A program made the translations under genes and the position numbers. DNA of 64,000 nt from assembly GCA_001662655.1 (NCBI GenBank), contig KV460206.1, one strand, 5' to 3'. This document shows, piece after piece, positions 1 to 12,856 of the stretch; the first letter of the stretch is position 1; each line of letters begins with the position of its first letter. The DNA comes from Pseudogymnoascus verrucosus (lineage: Eukaryota). Below the pieces are notes generated by a model, which saw only the letters and a program-made list of their open reading frames with translations, ran no database searches and was not told the DNA's origin.

Positions 1-64
1 TCTGTTAAGTAAACCAACGTAACAAAACCTCTATGAGTCTTATAGTTTAAGACCCAGCGTTACA
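1..64 (+). mobile_element. 3' end of an LTR, truncated by window edge
   Basis: Near-identical to the last ~64 bp of the LTR at 465-945 (…TTTAAGACCCAGCGTTACA). Confidence 0.8.
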
Positions 65-464
65 TATACTATGGACAGGATCATATAAAAACATATTTAT
101 AACTATATAAACCTAATACCCTATGTATTTAGCAATAGAAACACCCTACGACTACAAACCCCTATTTCCTCTTTTACTATAACTCTTTCACTAGAAAGCG
201 CGCTAGGTAGGGGTAGCTTTAGCTAATTACCAACTTGTAATTTTACTCTTTTACTGAAAAAGGAGCCTTATATAAGTAGTAGGTACCTTCTAAGAAAGGT
301 ACCTTTTCCTAAAGGTGCCCTTATTAACTAAGCTACCTATAATCTCTACGTCCATTTCCTATTACTAATTAGCTATAAGCTATTTTACCTTATTATTCTA
401 TCCTATAGCATATAGGTTGCATGTTTTAGCTATAACAGAATGTTCTAAGACAATATAGGCATAG

Positions 465-945
465 TGTTACAGCTGGGGTTTTTAGCGGCACTATCGCCGA
501 CACCCCGAATATAGTAGTAATGAGGATGTTAGCGATTCGACCGCCCTTAAGGCAGGGTCAGTTATTAGGCACCTGATGAGTGTCCGGCACCTGAGTTTAC
601 AGGTACTAGAAGACAGTTAGGCACCTAGGAATTAGGAGGTACTGGAGTTGCAGGTACCGGAAACAGCACAGGTACCAGAATAGCACTCACGTGATGGAAC
701 CGTGAGAACTGCTAGAACTCTTACAGTTCCTATAGTTCCTCACAGTCCCCTTTGGCACGACGCCTCTATATAAGTAGGTAGTTAGTTCTTAGATAGGAGC
801 TTCGTGCTCAACTCAATATAGTATTCTATTATATACTGTAACGTGTTTTACGAAAGCCTTTGTGTCTGATCCCCTGCCTCCTCTGTTAAGTAAACCAACG
901 CAACGAAACCTCTGTAAGTCTTATAGTTTAAGACCCAGCGTTACA
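465..945 (+). mobile_element. Solo LTR of a retrotransposon (481 bp)
   Basis: TG…CA termini (TGTTACAGCTGGG…CCCAGCGTTACA); perfect 5-bp TSD CATAG at 460-464 and 946-950; inserted in older AT-rich sequence. Confidence 0.9.
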
Positions 946-1052
946 CATAGGTGTCTTAGCCCTACTAATAACGCTTCCCTTAGGACTAAGTATGTTCTTT
1001 AACATAATTACTTTATATATAAGCTAGTACCTTATAGAAGTAGTGCTTAAAG

Positions 1053-1588
1053 TGTAACGCTAGGTCTTAAACTATAAGACTTATAGAGGTTTTATTATGT
1101 TAGTTTACTTAATAGAGGAGGTAGGGGATTAGACATAAAGGCTTTTATAAAACACATTACTAGTATATAACAAATACTATATTAAGTTAAGCATAAAGCT
1201 CCTATCTAAGAACTAACTATCTACTTATATAGTAGCGTTATACTAAAGGGAATAGTTAGAATAGTAAACTCCTTTGCTATTCTTACTATTCCTACTATTC
1301 CATTATGTAGGGTTCTTATAAGGAGGTGCCTATAAATAGTCTAGTACCTGCTATGTCTAGTACCTAGTAATAGTTAGGTACCTAGAAAGAGTTAGGTGCC
1401 TGTTCTATCTAGTACCTAGCAATTCTTAGGTACCTAGGAATTCTCTAGTACCTACAGAAGCAGGTGCCTAAGAAAACTCTGTTACCTGATGTTGACCCTG
1501 CCTTAAGGGCAGTTAAACTACTAACATGTTTATTACTACTGTACTTAGGGTGTTAGCGATAGTGCTGCTGAAAACCCTAGCTATAACA
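1053..1588 (-). mobile_element. Inverted, RIP-degraded LTR of the same family
   Basis: Both ends are the reverse complement of 465-945 with many C>T/G>A changes; no matching TSD. Confidence 0.8.
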
Positions 1589-2082
1589 GTTAGCGCCATT
1601 TCTACGCTTAGTACAAATGTGAGTCTATATATTCATAGGTTACAACGCTGTCTACTATAATAATCTATATCAAATATATTAAATATAGTTGCAAATAGTT
1701 TATACTAATAGTCAATTCAACTTTCTTTTACTTAAACTTCTAATGTGGGCGTTGAATAGTCCTTTCTCTGAAAAACCCCAATTAGGAAAGGCGGTAGGCA
1801 ATGCATTCTGCTAGGCTATTTGCCGAATCGGGCAATTAGGGCCTAAACCACAACCTTTCATCCAGTATATCTTCCGCCCTAACCCTCTGATCGGGAAAAG
1901 GAGACCTATTTACCGTTACTAGACTCAATTCCAACAAGTTTTGTACTAAAAGTTTCGCAAGTTTGTTCTAACCTTCACCCCCATTTTAGTATTCCTAACG
2001 TACAAACAATAGTCTAGAATAAATAACAAAGATTTAATAATTTCCTTCCTAAAAACTTAGCCCCTAAGAAAATGCTATTAAA

Positions 2083-3682
2083 TCAAACTAATCCCATCCT
2101 TAGCAATTTATTGCCTAGTTCTAAGAAATAATAATCTGCATACACTAGGCCATGATCGCTGTAGCGAAATATCGCGAACTCATTGTTATTTGCCGTTGCA
2201 TTCTTTAATATCGATGCCCAATCGGGCTCGGCGACTTCGATCTTGCCAGAGGCTGCATTGACTTTAAGTGGTGCTAGATCTGTCGCGAGGGAGAGATCGA
2301 CAGTATCTTTGACGATGTGCCGCACTGCATCCAGATAAGGTGATCTCTCGGTAGCAAGTTGCTGGTGAAGGATCAGTAAGCCGTTAGCAGCGATCATGCC
2401 AGCGGATGTATCTCGCAATAAGGACGGCTCATTGTCGTCGAAATCCCACAGTGGCACATATGGGTGGTGGTGCGTCGCGGATGCAAGCTGCTTCAAGAAG
2501 TGATCAGACAATGCGGTGGCTGCTTGCAGGATCGCGGGATCTTTGGTCCAGGCGTACGTCTGGGCGAAGCCGAGGATGCCCCATGCTTGGCCACTACAGC
2601 AGTCCATGGTCAGAACGAAAAGGCGTATAATGGGGCCTCATACGTACCGACTCCATGTTGACTTGTCCTTGTATCCCTGATGTGTGAACTGTCGCTGAAT
2701 AGCGCCTGTTTGAGGATGGAAATTGCACACATGGAAACTCGAGCCGTCAGGTCGAATGATGGCTCTCGCAACAGCGTGTGCATGCGCAGTAGCGATGTTG
2801 ATGTATCGCTGATTACCTGTGTGATGGCCAGCGTAGTAGAGAAGGTCGAGATCTGCACACATCAATCAGCATCTCACAATCGATATTAAAGTGCGCGTGA
2901 TGGAAAATGCATACTGCACATGCTATCAATGATAACTAAGAAGTTCTCTTCCTTGTCCGTGATGCTGTAGCGATTGCTAAACTGTTTATCCCAGCTCCTA
3001 ATTGCGCCCACTCGCTCATCATACCGTGATGCTAGACTCTCGGCAGCGGTCAAGATGGACTTGAAGCTTCGCGCATTGCCTGTCAACTCCCAATCAAGTC
3101 GCAGCGCGGGCATGATGATGAACCCAATATCGTGCGTGTTTCGTCGAAGCGCCATACTATGCAGTGGTTCGGACCATATTTGACATAGGTCAAGGAGCTG
3201 CTCGTGCAAATTTGTGCGGTCGATCTCAGGGTCGGAAATGGGGAAGTTTTGGGGAAATCTGACACTCCGCTCGAGCAAAGTGTACACACTGCCAGGGAAA
3301 AACCCACATGTCCAGAAGGTGGCTTCACGGCTTATATATTTACCAGCTGTTTCGCCTGAGGGGAGGACGTGTTCGGGAAAGCCCTATGAATAGGTTCAGT
3401 CGGTCTGGATACGGCAATTCAAGTTGGAGTACTTACCCCAGCTGGCGAAAGATGGGCAGCAGTCCTCCAGATCTTGCCGGCTCGTGACTCGCCGAACAAC
3501 TTCTGCATATCGACGTCTAGCTGCTTGGTGCGTGCAACGGGGGAGAGGGGATTTTCTTGCGTTTCGAATACCAGCGAGGAACTCCCATTTGAGGTGATAT
3601 TGCCGCTGCCATTGAGGTGACCGACTAAAGCGTTCGAATTTCCACGCTCTGATTCGGATGAAGGTGGATCTGCCACAGCCAT
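2083..3682 (-). CDS. GH88 unsaturated glucuronyl hydrolase, multi-exon, no signal peptide
   Basis: Spliced pieces give WTCGFFPGS, THDIGF, IIDSM, STWSRGQAWG, RDTSA and YADYYFLE, motifs of GH88/UGL. Confidence 0.85.
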
Positions 3683-4369
3683 TATATCTGGTGCAGTGAC
3701 GCAAGGTAGTATTATAATCAATGTCGATTTCAATATCTGTTTCTAGTCACTATCGCTCCCTAAACGCAGTGTATAATGGAACAACTGCATTGTTCGGAGG
3801 TATCACCGGGTTATATACGTTGATATATGCCATAATTATCTATACAGTAATAAATTTATTGCCTAATTCACCTACCATACCCGTGCTGGAACTGTAAAGG
3901 ACACATCTTGCAGAGCCAAGGAGAAGATGGCTCCGTCATCCCTGTGCGGGGCAGCCATATCCAACCCCTTTGGATGGGAAGGTCGCTTTGGAGAGGTGGG
4001 TGAATCGTCGGCCGATCAATATGCGCTTTGCGGCTCTCCCATTTCAGTTGATGTTAATTCATGTTGTGTCTGTACGTAGTAGGTGGGATAATTATAGCGG
4101 GATATTCGGGATGTTCAAGCCCGGCCGATCATCGCGCCGATGCCCGTTGCCCCAGAGAGAGAGTCGCGCTTCCCACACTGAACCACAGCCAATTGCCAAT
4201 TGCCCCACCAAAGTCTTTCCCCATTTCACATATGAGCACAACAGCGCACGAAGAACCCCAGTAGGAAAAGACTGTCGATGTATAAACTAGAGTTTATGAA
4301 ATATAGACATCGACGAGAACAAATATAAAATAGAGAAGAGGGCCGCATTGAAAATTCAGCTACAGCCGC

Positions 4370-6322
4370 ATGCAATATATATCTGAATCTGTCGTTACAG
4401 AGGCCACCAACATGGCCATCGACTCTAGCCCAATGCCACAATCCTGCTTTAATCCCCTTGCCGGGAATCCTCACAAAACCCGCGACGATATAATCGCTGC
4501 TGTTCATACCCTCTTTAATCCATTGCTGCCCGCTTTCTCTGCAGGCAGGGCGCGCGTACAGCTCGATTCATCAGGCTCAACCTGGGACCGCGCCGCCTGC
4601 GATTTGGAAGGATTCGCGCGTCCCCTCTTCGGACTTGTACCTCTCGCCGCAGGCGGATCCCACTTTGAGCATTGGGACATATATCGTGAGGGCCTGAAAA
4701 ACGGTACTAACCCAGCACACCCGGAATACTGGGGCCCGGTCACGGACATGGATCAGCGACATGTTGAAGCCACAGCTCTTGGATATGCATTACTCGTCGT
4801 TCCACAGCACGTCTGGGACCCCTTCGATGAGACTACAAAGAAAAATGTTGCCGACTGGTTGATTGAAAGCCGGAATACAAAACACGCGAATAATAACCAC
4901 AAGTTCTTCCGAGTTGTGGTCGATCTTGGGCTTGAGAAAGTCGGAGTCGCGGTTGATCAAAGCGGCACGGAACAATATCTCCAAGACCTGGAAGAGATGT
5001 ATGTTGGCGAGGGCTGGTTCCGTGATAATGGCAATATAGAGGATTCCCGACGGCTTGATTGGTATAACGCCTTCGCATGGCACTACTACGGACTCCTCTA
5101 CGCCGTGCATCGTCCTGAGGACCAGGCTCGTAGCGCTCGATTCCGGGAACGAGCGCGGCTGTATGCCCAGCATCTTGTTCATTGGTATGCGGATAGTGGT
5201 GCCAATGTGCCCTATGGGCGAAGCCTGATCTATCGCCAGGCGACAGCTGCATTCTGGGGGGCGTTGGCTGTCGCCAACGAGGAGGTCCTGCCTTGGGGTG
5301 TGCTTAAGGGCTTATACCTGCGAAACCTGCGATGGTGGGCTTCGCAACCTATCTGTCGACGCGACGACGGCCTTCTGACTTTGGGATACGCCTACCCGAA
5401 TCAACTGCCGACTGAGCGCTACTGCTCGACCGGTTCGCCATGGTGGTCGATGAAGGCCTTTGCACCCTTGGCTCTTTCAGCAGACCACCCCTTCTGGACA
5501 GCGGACGAACTACCCATGCCCAGCAGATCTCCAGTATATGCAGACCCAACTGCAGGAATGGTCTTCACACACCAGCAAAGTCATACCGTGATGCTGGTGT
5601 CGGGCCCAGGCACTACGCAGATGATGAGAGGCGTGCCGGAGAAATACTTCAAGTTTGCGTACTCTTCTCGCTACGGATTCAGCGTGGAGAGCGATGCTTT
5701 GGCCTTCAATCAAGCCGTATTCGATAGCATGATTGGCTTCAGCGATGACGGGAAGCACTATCGTGTGCGCGAACATGTTAATACTGCTGCCCTGGCGGGA
5801 GACGTTCTCTTTTCAACCTGGACACCATGGAGCGATGTCACGGTTGAAACATGGATCATACCAAGTGGAGCATGGCACCTTCGTGTCCATCGCATCACTT
5901 CTCTACGGTCCCTTCAAACGATAGAAGGTGGCTTCGCCGCCCCTCGCACGGATTTTGATGCTGACCAAAGGTTTGAGGTAGGTTCCTCGGCGTATGTGGT
6001 GAGCAAACTGGGCGACTTTAGCGGTATTCTCGACGATTCGCCTCACGAACGGCTTGCTAGAGTCAATGCTCCTCATGGAAACACTAGTTTGATGTTTCCC
6101 CGGACTTTGATTCCGCAGCTCCTCGGGAACGTGGAGGCGAACGTACCAGCTGTATTTGCGAGTGCTATTCTGGCGGGTCCCGATGTGCAAGCGCTGTTGC
6201 AGACGTGGACTAGTCCTCCAAAGATTCCGACAGTAGAAGAGCTGGAGAAGCTAGTGGAAGAAAGGGGAGTCACGATCAAGATTACAGAGGACTACAATCC
6301 GACGCGTCAATGGTACCCTTAA
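4370..6322 (+). CDS. DUF2264 (GH154-related) protein, intronless, 650 aa
   Basis: LEGFARPLFG, PEYWG, GRSLIYR, Y.STGSPWW, KFAYSS.YGFSV motifs typical of DUF2264; divergent from GH88. Confidence 0.8.
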   Translation: MQYISESVVTEATNMAIDSSPMPQSCFNPLAGNPHKTRDDIIAAVHTLFNPLLPAFSAGRARVQLDSSGSTWDRAACDLEGFARPLFGLVPLAAGGSHFEHWDIYREGLKNGTNPAHPEYWGPVTDMDQRHVEATALGYALLVVPQHVWDPFDETTKKNVADWLIESRNTKHANNNHKFFRVVVDLGLEKVGVAVDQSGTEQYLQDLEEMYVGEGWFRDNGNIEDSRRLDWYNAFAWHYYGLLYAVHRPEDQARSARFRERARLYAQHLVHWYADSGANVPYGRSLIYRQATAAFWGALAVANEEVLPWGVLKGLYLRNLRWWASQPICRRDDGLLTLGYAYPNQLPTERYCSTGSPWWSMKAFAPLALSADHPFWTADELPMPSRSPVYADPTAGMVFTHQQSHTVMLVSGPGTTQMMRGVPEKYFKFAYSSRYGFSVESDALAFNQAVFDSMIGFSDDGKHYRVREHVNTAALAGDVLFSTWTPWSDVTVETWIIPSGAWHLRVHRITSLRSLQTIEGGFAAPRTDFDADQRFEVGSSAYVVSKLGDFSGILDDSPHERLARVNAPHGNTSLMFPRTLIPQLLGNVEANVPAVFASAILAGPDVQALLQTWTSPPKIPTVEELEKLVEERGVTIKITEDYNPTRQWYP

Positions 6323-7557
6323 CTTTGCCTAGATATCATTAGAAAACATGTCATGTATTTCGTGGTCTTACATCTAAGTGGCATAAAGACTTCTGTAAGG
6401 CCTAATTACCGGAATTGAGTTCTATTGATTAGCTACCTGACCTACATATTATATACTGAGCTAACTTATATCTTATATAACCTGGTTTCCATAACAGGCC
6501 ACAAGCGTTGCATCCTAATAGTACGTGTAAGCCACTCTAGAAAGTTGAATTGAGACCACTCGGCATTTCGCTCGGCCACAGTGCCCATATCACGCTTTCA
6601 GACAAAACGAAACTTTCAATACTCAACATATTATAGACACTGTATTCAATTTAAACGTCAGGTTGCCCATTTGAATTACCATTACTTGCACTGGTGTATC
6701 GTTGAGGTATAGTCGGTAAGTAGGGTTCATTGGTGGAAAAACAACTAAAGTAGCTCGGCTGACTAACCGAGTCGACGTCGTTGGAAAGCGGGGAAAGCTG
6801 CATTTCCCCGGATTCTTCACTTAGTCTCTTAACTTACCATAAGATCTCTTGGTAAGAAATTAAGTAAGCAATATAGGAGGTTGAAACAACTGAATTCGCG
6901 ACTCTAATAACAGCACTATGTAGGCTCTATATATACACATGTAAACCCCTTCTAAGAGGGCTTTATACCCTCTAATCCTCATATATATCCACTTGATAAA
7001 CTATAACAAGTTATTGAGCCGCGTTACGAAGTCTAGGCTTCGCTGATCAATATGTTTGCACGATACGTATATCCCTTTTAACCAGGGGTCGCAGCACAAT
7101 CTGTTGGGGGAAACGGACATTCCCGTGGGATACGGTAGGCTTTTACGCCCAAAATGACAGTTTTCCCCAGGGAATTGTCCCAGCTTCCCGGTCGGCTTGC
7201 GAGTAAGACAGTGGCACCATACTATTGGAAGCCACTGACTCAAGCCCAGCTGAGCCCAGGAAGCCCAGCTCGTCAGGGTTTTGGGGGTTTCCCCCAGGCC
7301 TACAAATAGCGTACGTAGGCCCGTAGATTAGGTAGGAATTCAATTGATCTATATACCCTAGTTACTGTATTCTACTGTGAAGCTTCTGCTCCGTTGCCCG
7401 AAGGATTGATTACGGTAGTCGGAGATTACCACACAAGTTCGTGTGTGGTTCCCCGCATTCTGCAATTACCTTCAACACAATCCTGCACTCCAATTCTGCG
7501 CGTGACCATAACTCTATTTGAACGAGCTTGGAGTTGAAAAAAGGCTCAAGGTACTCA

Positions 7558-10489
7558 ATGATGCGACCTACAATCCTTCCAGACTCCGATGAGGCGATTA
7601 CGGATCAAGACCCAGAGCAATGGAGGTTGTCCCGGGTCACAGAAGAGACCACCGCATGCCAGTCATGTCGGCATCGAAAGTTAAAGTGCTCTCGTGAAAC
7701 GCCTTCCTGCTCTCAATGCTCCCGACTGAGTGCGTTTCTGTATCCATGGTTGATATGGCACAGGACTGACGATTGAAGCGTGCCCTTGCGTGTACGATAA
7801 GAAACGGCAGAAGCCCGGCCTGAAGAACGGCGCGATCGAGGGTCTCAATAGACGAATTGGTCGGCCACTCATGCAAATACTCATTGGCTCCAGTAGCTGA
7901 CACTCTATAGGTGTCTTAGAGAGGCTTATAGTCAACGGTAGTGGCGAGGAAACGGGGCCAGCGCCCCTGGGAGCTGGATCCCACGGCTGCATCTACCATG
8001 CAGCACTCCTTATCACCAATTCAATGGGTGGAGATATCGGCGGCCGTAACGGATGTCTTGACGAAGCAATGTTGCCCGATTGCAATTTAGCAAGAAACCC
8101 TTTAACAGAGCTAGGGAAATCCAACCATACAACGCTAGAAGCAAATAGCGCCAAGAGACAGAGAATCGATTCGCCGGGTCCTACATTTGACGATCAGCTC
8201 ACATCATTACCTTCAGAGCATATTTTGGACTTGGTCTTCCAGGTATATTTTATGAAGATCCATCCATGGCTGCCCTGTATTCATCAGCCTAGATTCGAGG
8301 CGCGGCTGAAGGATCCCCAAAACGCGACAAAGTTGACAGTCGTTGTTCATGCCATGATCTGTATCACAATGAAACACCTAAAGCTAGACGATATCCGGCT
8401 AGAGGAGTCAGAGAGAGATCGGCAGGTTCGAGTATCTCGCGATGCAGTCACGCGGATTGCAATGACAAGTATGTCAGTAGAAAGCTTGCAGGCCTTGGTC
8501 ATTGTTGCCTCTGATTATGTACGTTACGGTGTGATAATTGTCGGCCATGCTAATCCCAATTATAGATGGGTGAAGGCAGTCTAGTCAGCGCGTGGCCTAT
8601 TATTGGATCTCTGACAAGGACTGTCGAATATCTGCAGCTCACCATCGAGGTAGATGAGAAACCGCCGCCAGCGCTTCACGGGGCTCTCAGACTGCTGGGA
8701 GATTCGACGAGTTGGGCCGAGACTGAAGAGAGAAGGAGAGTATTCTGGAACGTTTTCATTTTAGACCGGTGTGTTCTCTACAATATTCCTCACTAGTCAT
8801 TATCTGATCAGTGCATAGGCTATGTTCTGTCATCACGGGGTAAGCCGTTCAATCTGACTTGACTGGCTTGAGCAACAACTAACCAATTTAGATGGAGCAC
8901 GAGTCTAACATCCGAAGATGTTTGCCGCCGACTCCCTAGCGATGGCAATATATGGGCCAGAGGCGAGCGAGCTATCACTCCGTATTTTGGAATCTGGAAT
9001 AAATCTGCTGCCAAGATCGGAAACCCAATCACTTTCCACCAGGCGCTCTCTCCGTTGTCTCCTAACGGCTTTGCGACCAAGCTAACTGATACATCTCCCG
9101 CGTCAGAGTCCTTGAATGTAGGCGCATTTGCATATCGAATCGAGGCAACTGAGTCACTGAGCCAGGTGACCTCGTATTTCCTACAACAACCAGTCAACTT
9201 TCATAATAAGCAGGAGGTTCGCAGCTGGTTAACGAGGTTTAAGGAATTAGATCTGAGATTAGTTCAGTATGTCTCCTAACCACTACACTTTGACCAAAGC
9301 CCTGATTCTTATAGCTGGAAAACCTTTCTCCCCCCAAAGTTCAAAGATTCCAATATATCTCATGATCAAGCAGTCGTCACAATGGATCCCAACCTGACTT
9401 TAGCCCACATTACTCACAACGCGTCCATGATCTTACTGCATCAGCACATTGCTTACCCGCCTGCTGAGCTCCGAAATATGGTTCGACTTCCTAGCTCTTG
9501 CAGCGCCGAGACATGCCAGCTCGCCGCAGTTGAGACGTCGTCAATAACCTATAAATTTCTCACATACGGCGGGTCTGAAGTGGCTGTAGCACAGTTCCCT
9601 TTCTGTGCGTTTGTTGCTGCCCGAGTATTACTTGGTGAGTCGTGATGCACTATTTACGGATAGCAATTAATTCAAGCTAGTACACTGGAAAGCTACTGGA
9701 AACAGCCTGACTAATGAGTTCTTTATTCTACTGGAGAGTTTACGGGATATGTCTCGCAGGTGGCAAGGTAATTTATCTACGTCTCCTCATCGTCAGGCGA
9801 GCACCGGTGAAATTGATCAAGGACACCTTGATCTTGCTGCGGAATATGCTGCCTTGCTCGAAGCAATGCACGCAAAGATTCTCAACAAGCCCGACTTGTC
9901 GACCGATAATCTATTCCAATTCAACATTACCTCAGACCTAATAGCGGTCATGGCTCAACCAGTCACGTCACATCACTCGACTGCTTATTCAAGCGACACA
10001 GCTGATGGCTGTGGGCTCTCTACAGCTGTGGATGAAAATGGTATCGTTGATAAAAGCAGCTCCGCTACTACGTGGAGAGCTCCACAAGCAGGAGGTAGCC
10101 ATTGTCCTGCCTTAGATCAATCGTTTAACAACATCAACCCATATGCCAAAAATGACGGCAAACAATCTTACAATCTACTTTCTCCAGAGACAATCTCCTC
10201 AGTACATACCTTTTTGGGTAACGAAAATACGTCAGTATCTGCCATGACAGCGCTGACCAACCTGCACCACACTCGAGGTCAGATGGTCCAGGAACCGATC
10301 GTGGATCCGAGCAGTAACGGTAACATCAGTGTAGGAGATGGAGTGGGCGAAATCGCCGAGGATGACTTGGCCGTCATGTCAAATGGGCTATTTGACCAAA
10401 CGTTTTCTGAATTAGATCGAGTTATCACGCTTGATGGAACGGATTTTAACTTTAATCTAGTTTACTGGAATAGGAATGAGTTTATATAA
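7558..10489 (+). CDS. Zn(II)2Cys6 transcription factor with fungal-specific TF domain, multi-exon
   Basis: [22 protein letters not shown]..(intron)..[24 protein letters not shown]. Confidence 0.9.
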
Positions 10490-10618
10490 GAGGAAGAGTT
10501 TGTATTAAGAGGTACTATTTGTCTTCATAACTCTAAAGTTAATATTTAACCTATATATATTTGCTGTATTTCACTAGTGTACTGTGTAGGTTTATGCTAT
10601 AATAAGTTCAATTCTGTA

Positions 10619-10680
10619 ACGTATTTCACAAGCGAACGAGGCACACAAGCGGGCGAGGCACGAAAACACCAAAATCTAAC
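10619..10680 (+). mobile_element. Orphan Fot1/pogo-like terminal repeat
   Basis: TA|ACGTATTTCACAAGCG start with an internal direct repeat CACAAGCG..CGAGGCAC x2; no partner end seen. Confidence 0.45.
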
Positions 10681-10739
10681 TATTACTACTGCTACTACAC
10701 TGCCACCCTATATAATGACCCTTATTTAATTGCAATTGA

Positions 10740-11714
10740 TTCCTAGTGCCTCTTACACGTACGGGTATTATGTCTAATCTTCTCACATTAGCTATAGTTA
10801 TAGTAGTAATAACTTCTATTATAAAACCTACTTTATTAAAGTTATAGATATCCTACTCTAAGATTCTATATTTTATAACTCTATTTTATATAAGAGAGAA
10901 CTACTCTTAAATTATCTTTAGATCTTTATATTTTACTTGTTTATAATTATACTTCTAACTAAACTTTACTTTGATTTCTATATAACGATTAATGAAGTTA
11001 GTAGTCTAGTTCTTCCTAATAAGGCTCTTACCTTATTTAGACCTTTAGCGTTAACAGCTTTAATGACTATTATAGATGTATGATTGTTAAGGTTGTCTAT
11101 AATCTACTAGTTAGTTAGCATCTATACTTTAATAGACAGTTAGATTATATAAACCTATTTAATTTCTATAGGCATAATAACTTAAGTAGACTTATAGCAC
11201 CTAATTATATAGCTTGTCTCGTTAAAATTCTAGAGGTTCTGTGGCTTAATTTGATATTAAGTTAAGAGTGCATTATACTCTATAAAGAAGGCTTTAAAAT
11301 TAGCTCTATTCTAAGCTTGCTTCTACTAGGTGTTTAAGGATCTTGTACAAATCGTATGGAATTTAGGGTGCGCCTTTAGGAATCGTTGTAGCTAGCGTTA
11401 AGAGGGGGGTAGTTTGCCTAGCTGTAGGTCTATAATAGCCTATAGAATCATAGATCTATCTGTAGGCATTCCGCGAGCCAATTGGTCATATATGAACTAG
11501 CATATTGCAGCTTCCTGCGACGGCGTCAAAAAATTCGATTCTGGCCTCCATGCGCTAGTTGTACAGGCTTTTGTATATGTCGTCAAAGCGTTTCATCGCT
11601 AACCTTGTATTTCGTAGCGACCTAGTTGATTGTATAGGTGTTAGGATGGCTATTATAGAACTCAATTGCATTTGCAAGACGGGTTTTATATTCAGAATCG
11701 CGTTTTGGGGGCAT
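10740..11714 (-). pseudogene. RIP-inactivated Fot1/pogo (Tc1-mariner superfamily) transposase
   Basis: Minus-strand translation from ATG 11714: MPPKRDSEYKTRLANAIEF…ETL*RHI…HGGQNRIFLTPSQEAAIC…R*LQRFLKAHP, then PQNL*NFNETS, the W-N-F-D-E-T-G motif altered by G>A transitions; many in-frame stops. Confidence 0.85.
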
Positions 11715-12856
11715 GCTTGTGGTATTGTGGTGGTATTGAGATGATAATTATGAGGCTACGTGTCAACCACAACTCGCTGTCGCCGCCTACGAGCGAAGCG
11801 AGTGGGTGGACCCGCCAAGTAGACGTTTTAAACAATAAAGATAAAAATGCAGATTCGAGACTCCCTAAGTAAAGTGACTCTGAATACCAGACATGCTCGA
11901 AGTGATACGGAAGGGAGAAAATGCAACATGAGAGCTTCATCTGCTCCCCACCCGCAGACGCCTTGAAATCCTCTCCATTATCACCTCTTGGATCAACAGA
12001 ATCCAAGATAATGCAAAGCATGGGGTTTTAGTGTCAGATACCTATGTTACTTTTTTAAACGGTATCCAAATGGGTATGATTTTAACAGAGATGGTTGTTA
12101 TGGAGACCTAGCGACTTAATAAACCGAATACGACGTAGCCAGCCAATCGCGAGTGGATTACAGTAATTAGACGACTTAGGTCTCAAGATTGTCTAATGCT
12201 ACCATTATAATCATAAAAGAACAACATCTTCTCTCTGCACGGTTTGAGGGGTATACCCCGCGAGTGGGTACGTGCAGTGTGTGAGAATTGCTGGGCACCA
12301 AATTATTTTAGATTTGAATAGGTTTAGCACTTCAATCAGCATCTAGAGTGTTGTACGATTGGAGGAAAACGTTTGTCTTTCTAAGATGGCCAGAGAGCCT
12401 CTTTTTCGGTTAACTTCTGGCATATCGCCATGGAAACGAGATTATTACACTCTACATGCGGCTTATTCCTGTTCGTTCTTGGAACCTCCTGATGTAAGCT
12501 ATTTCTCACCATTGTAGCGGTTAATGAGTTAACCCAAAGAGAAAGGAGAGGGTATTATAATATCTGCGACGATAATTGTTCCACTCTACTGGCTACTTAC
12601 AGGCAGTGAAAATTAGGCAAAGTAGGGAGCAGGTAGATAGACACTGTTATCACTATGCCACGCGAGCGACAATTGATTCATATTATGAGTAGGAATAGCA
12701 AATTGAATTCAATCAGCCTTTTTTGAGTTGGAATATCAATTTTAAACTACTAGATAAGTTCTAACGAGAGGCCACGCAAAAGCTGATTGAAACTGAGCAA
12801 GCCAAGGTCAAACCCATTCTCACTTGTAGCACCACTCTTTCCTTGCCGGGGATATC

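Noticed and set aside
1877..1886. CCCTAACCCT telomere-like motif
   Set aside because: Under two units; expected by chance.
6900..7380. Possible TE remnant upstream of the Zn2Cys6 gene
   Set aside because: No matching termini or TSD found.
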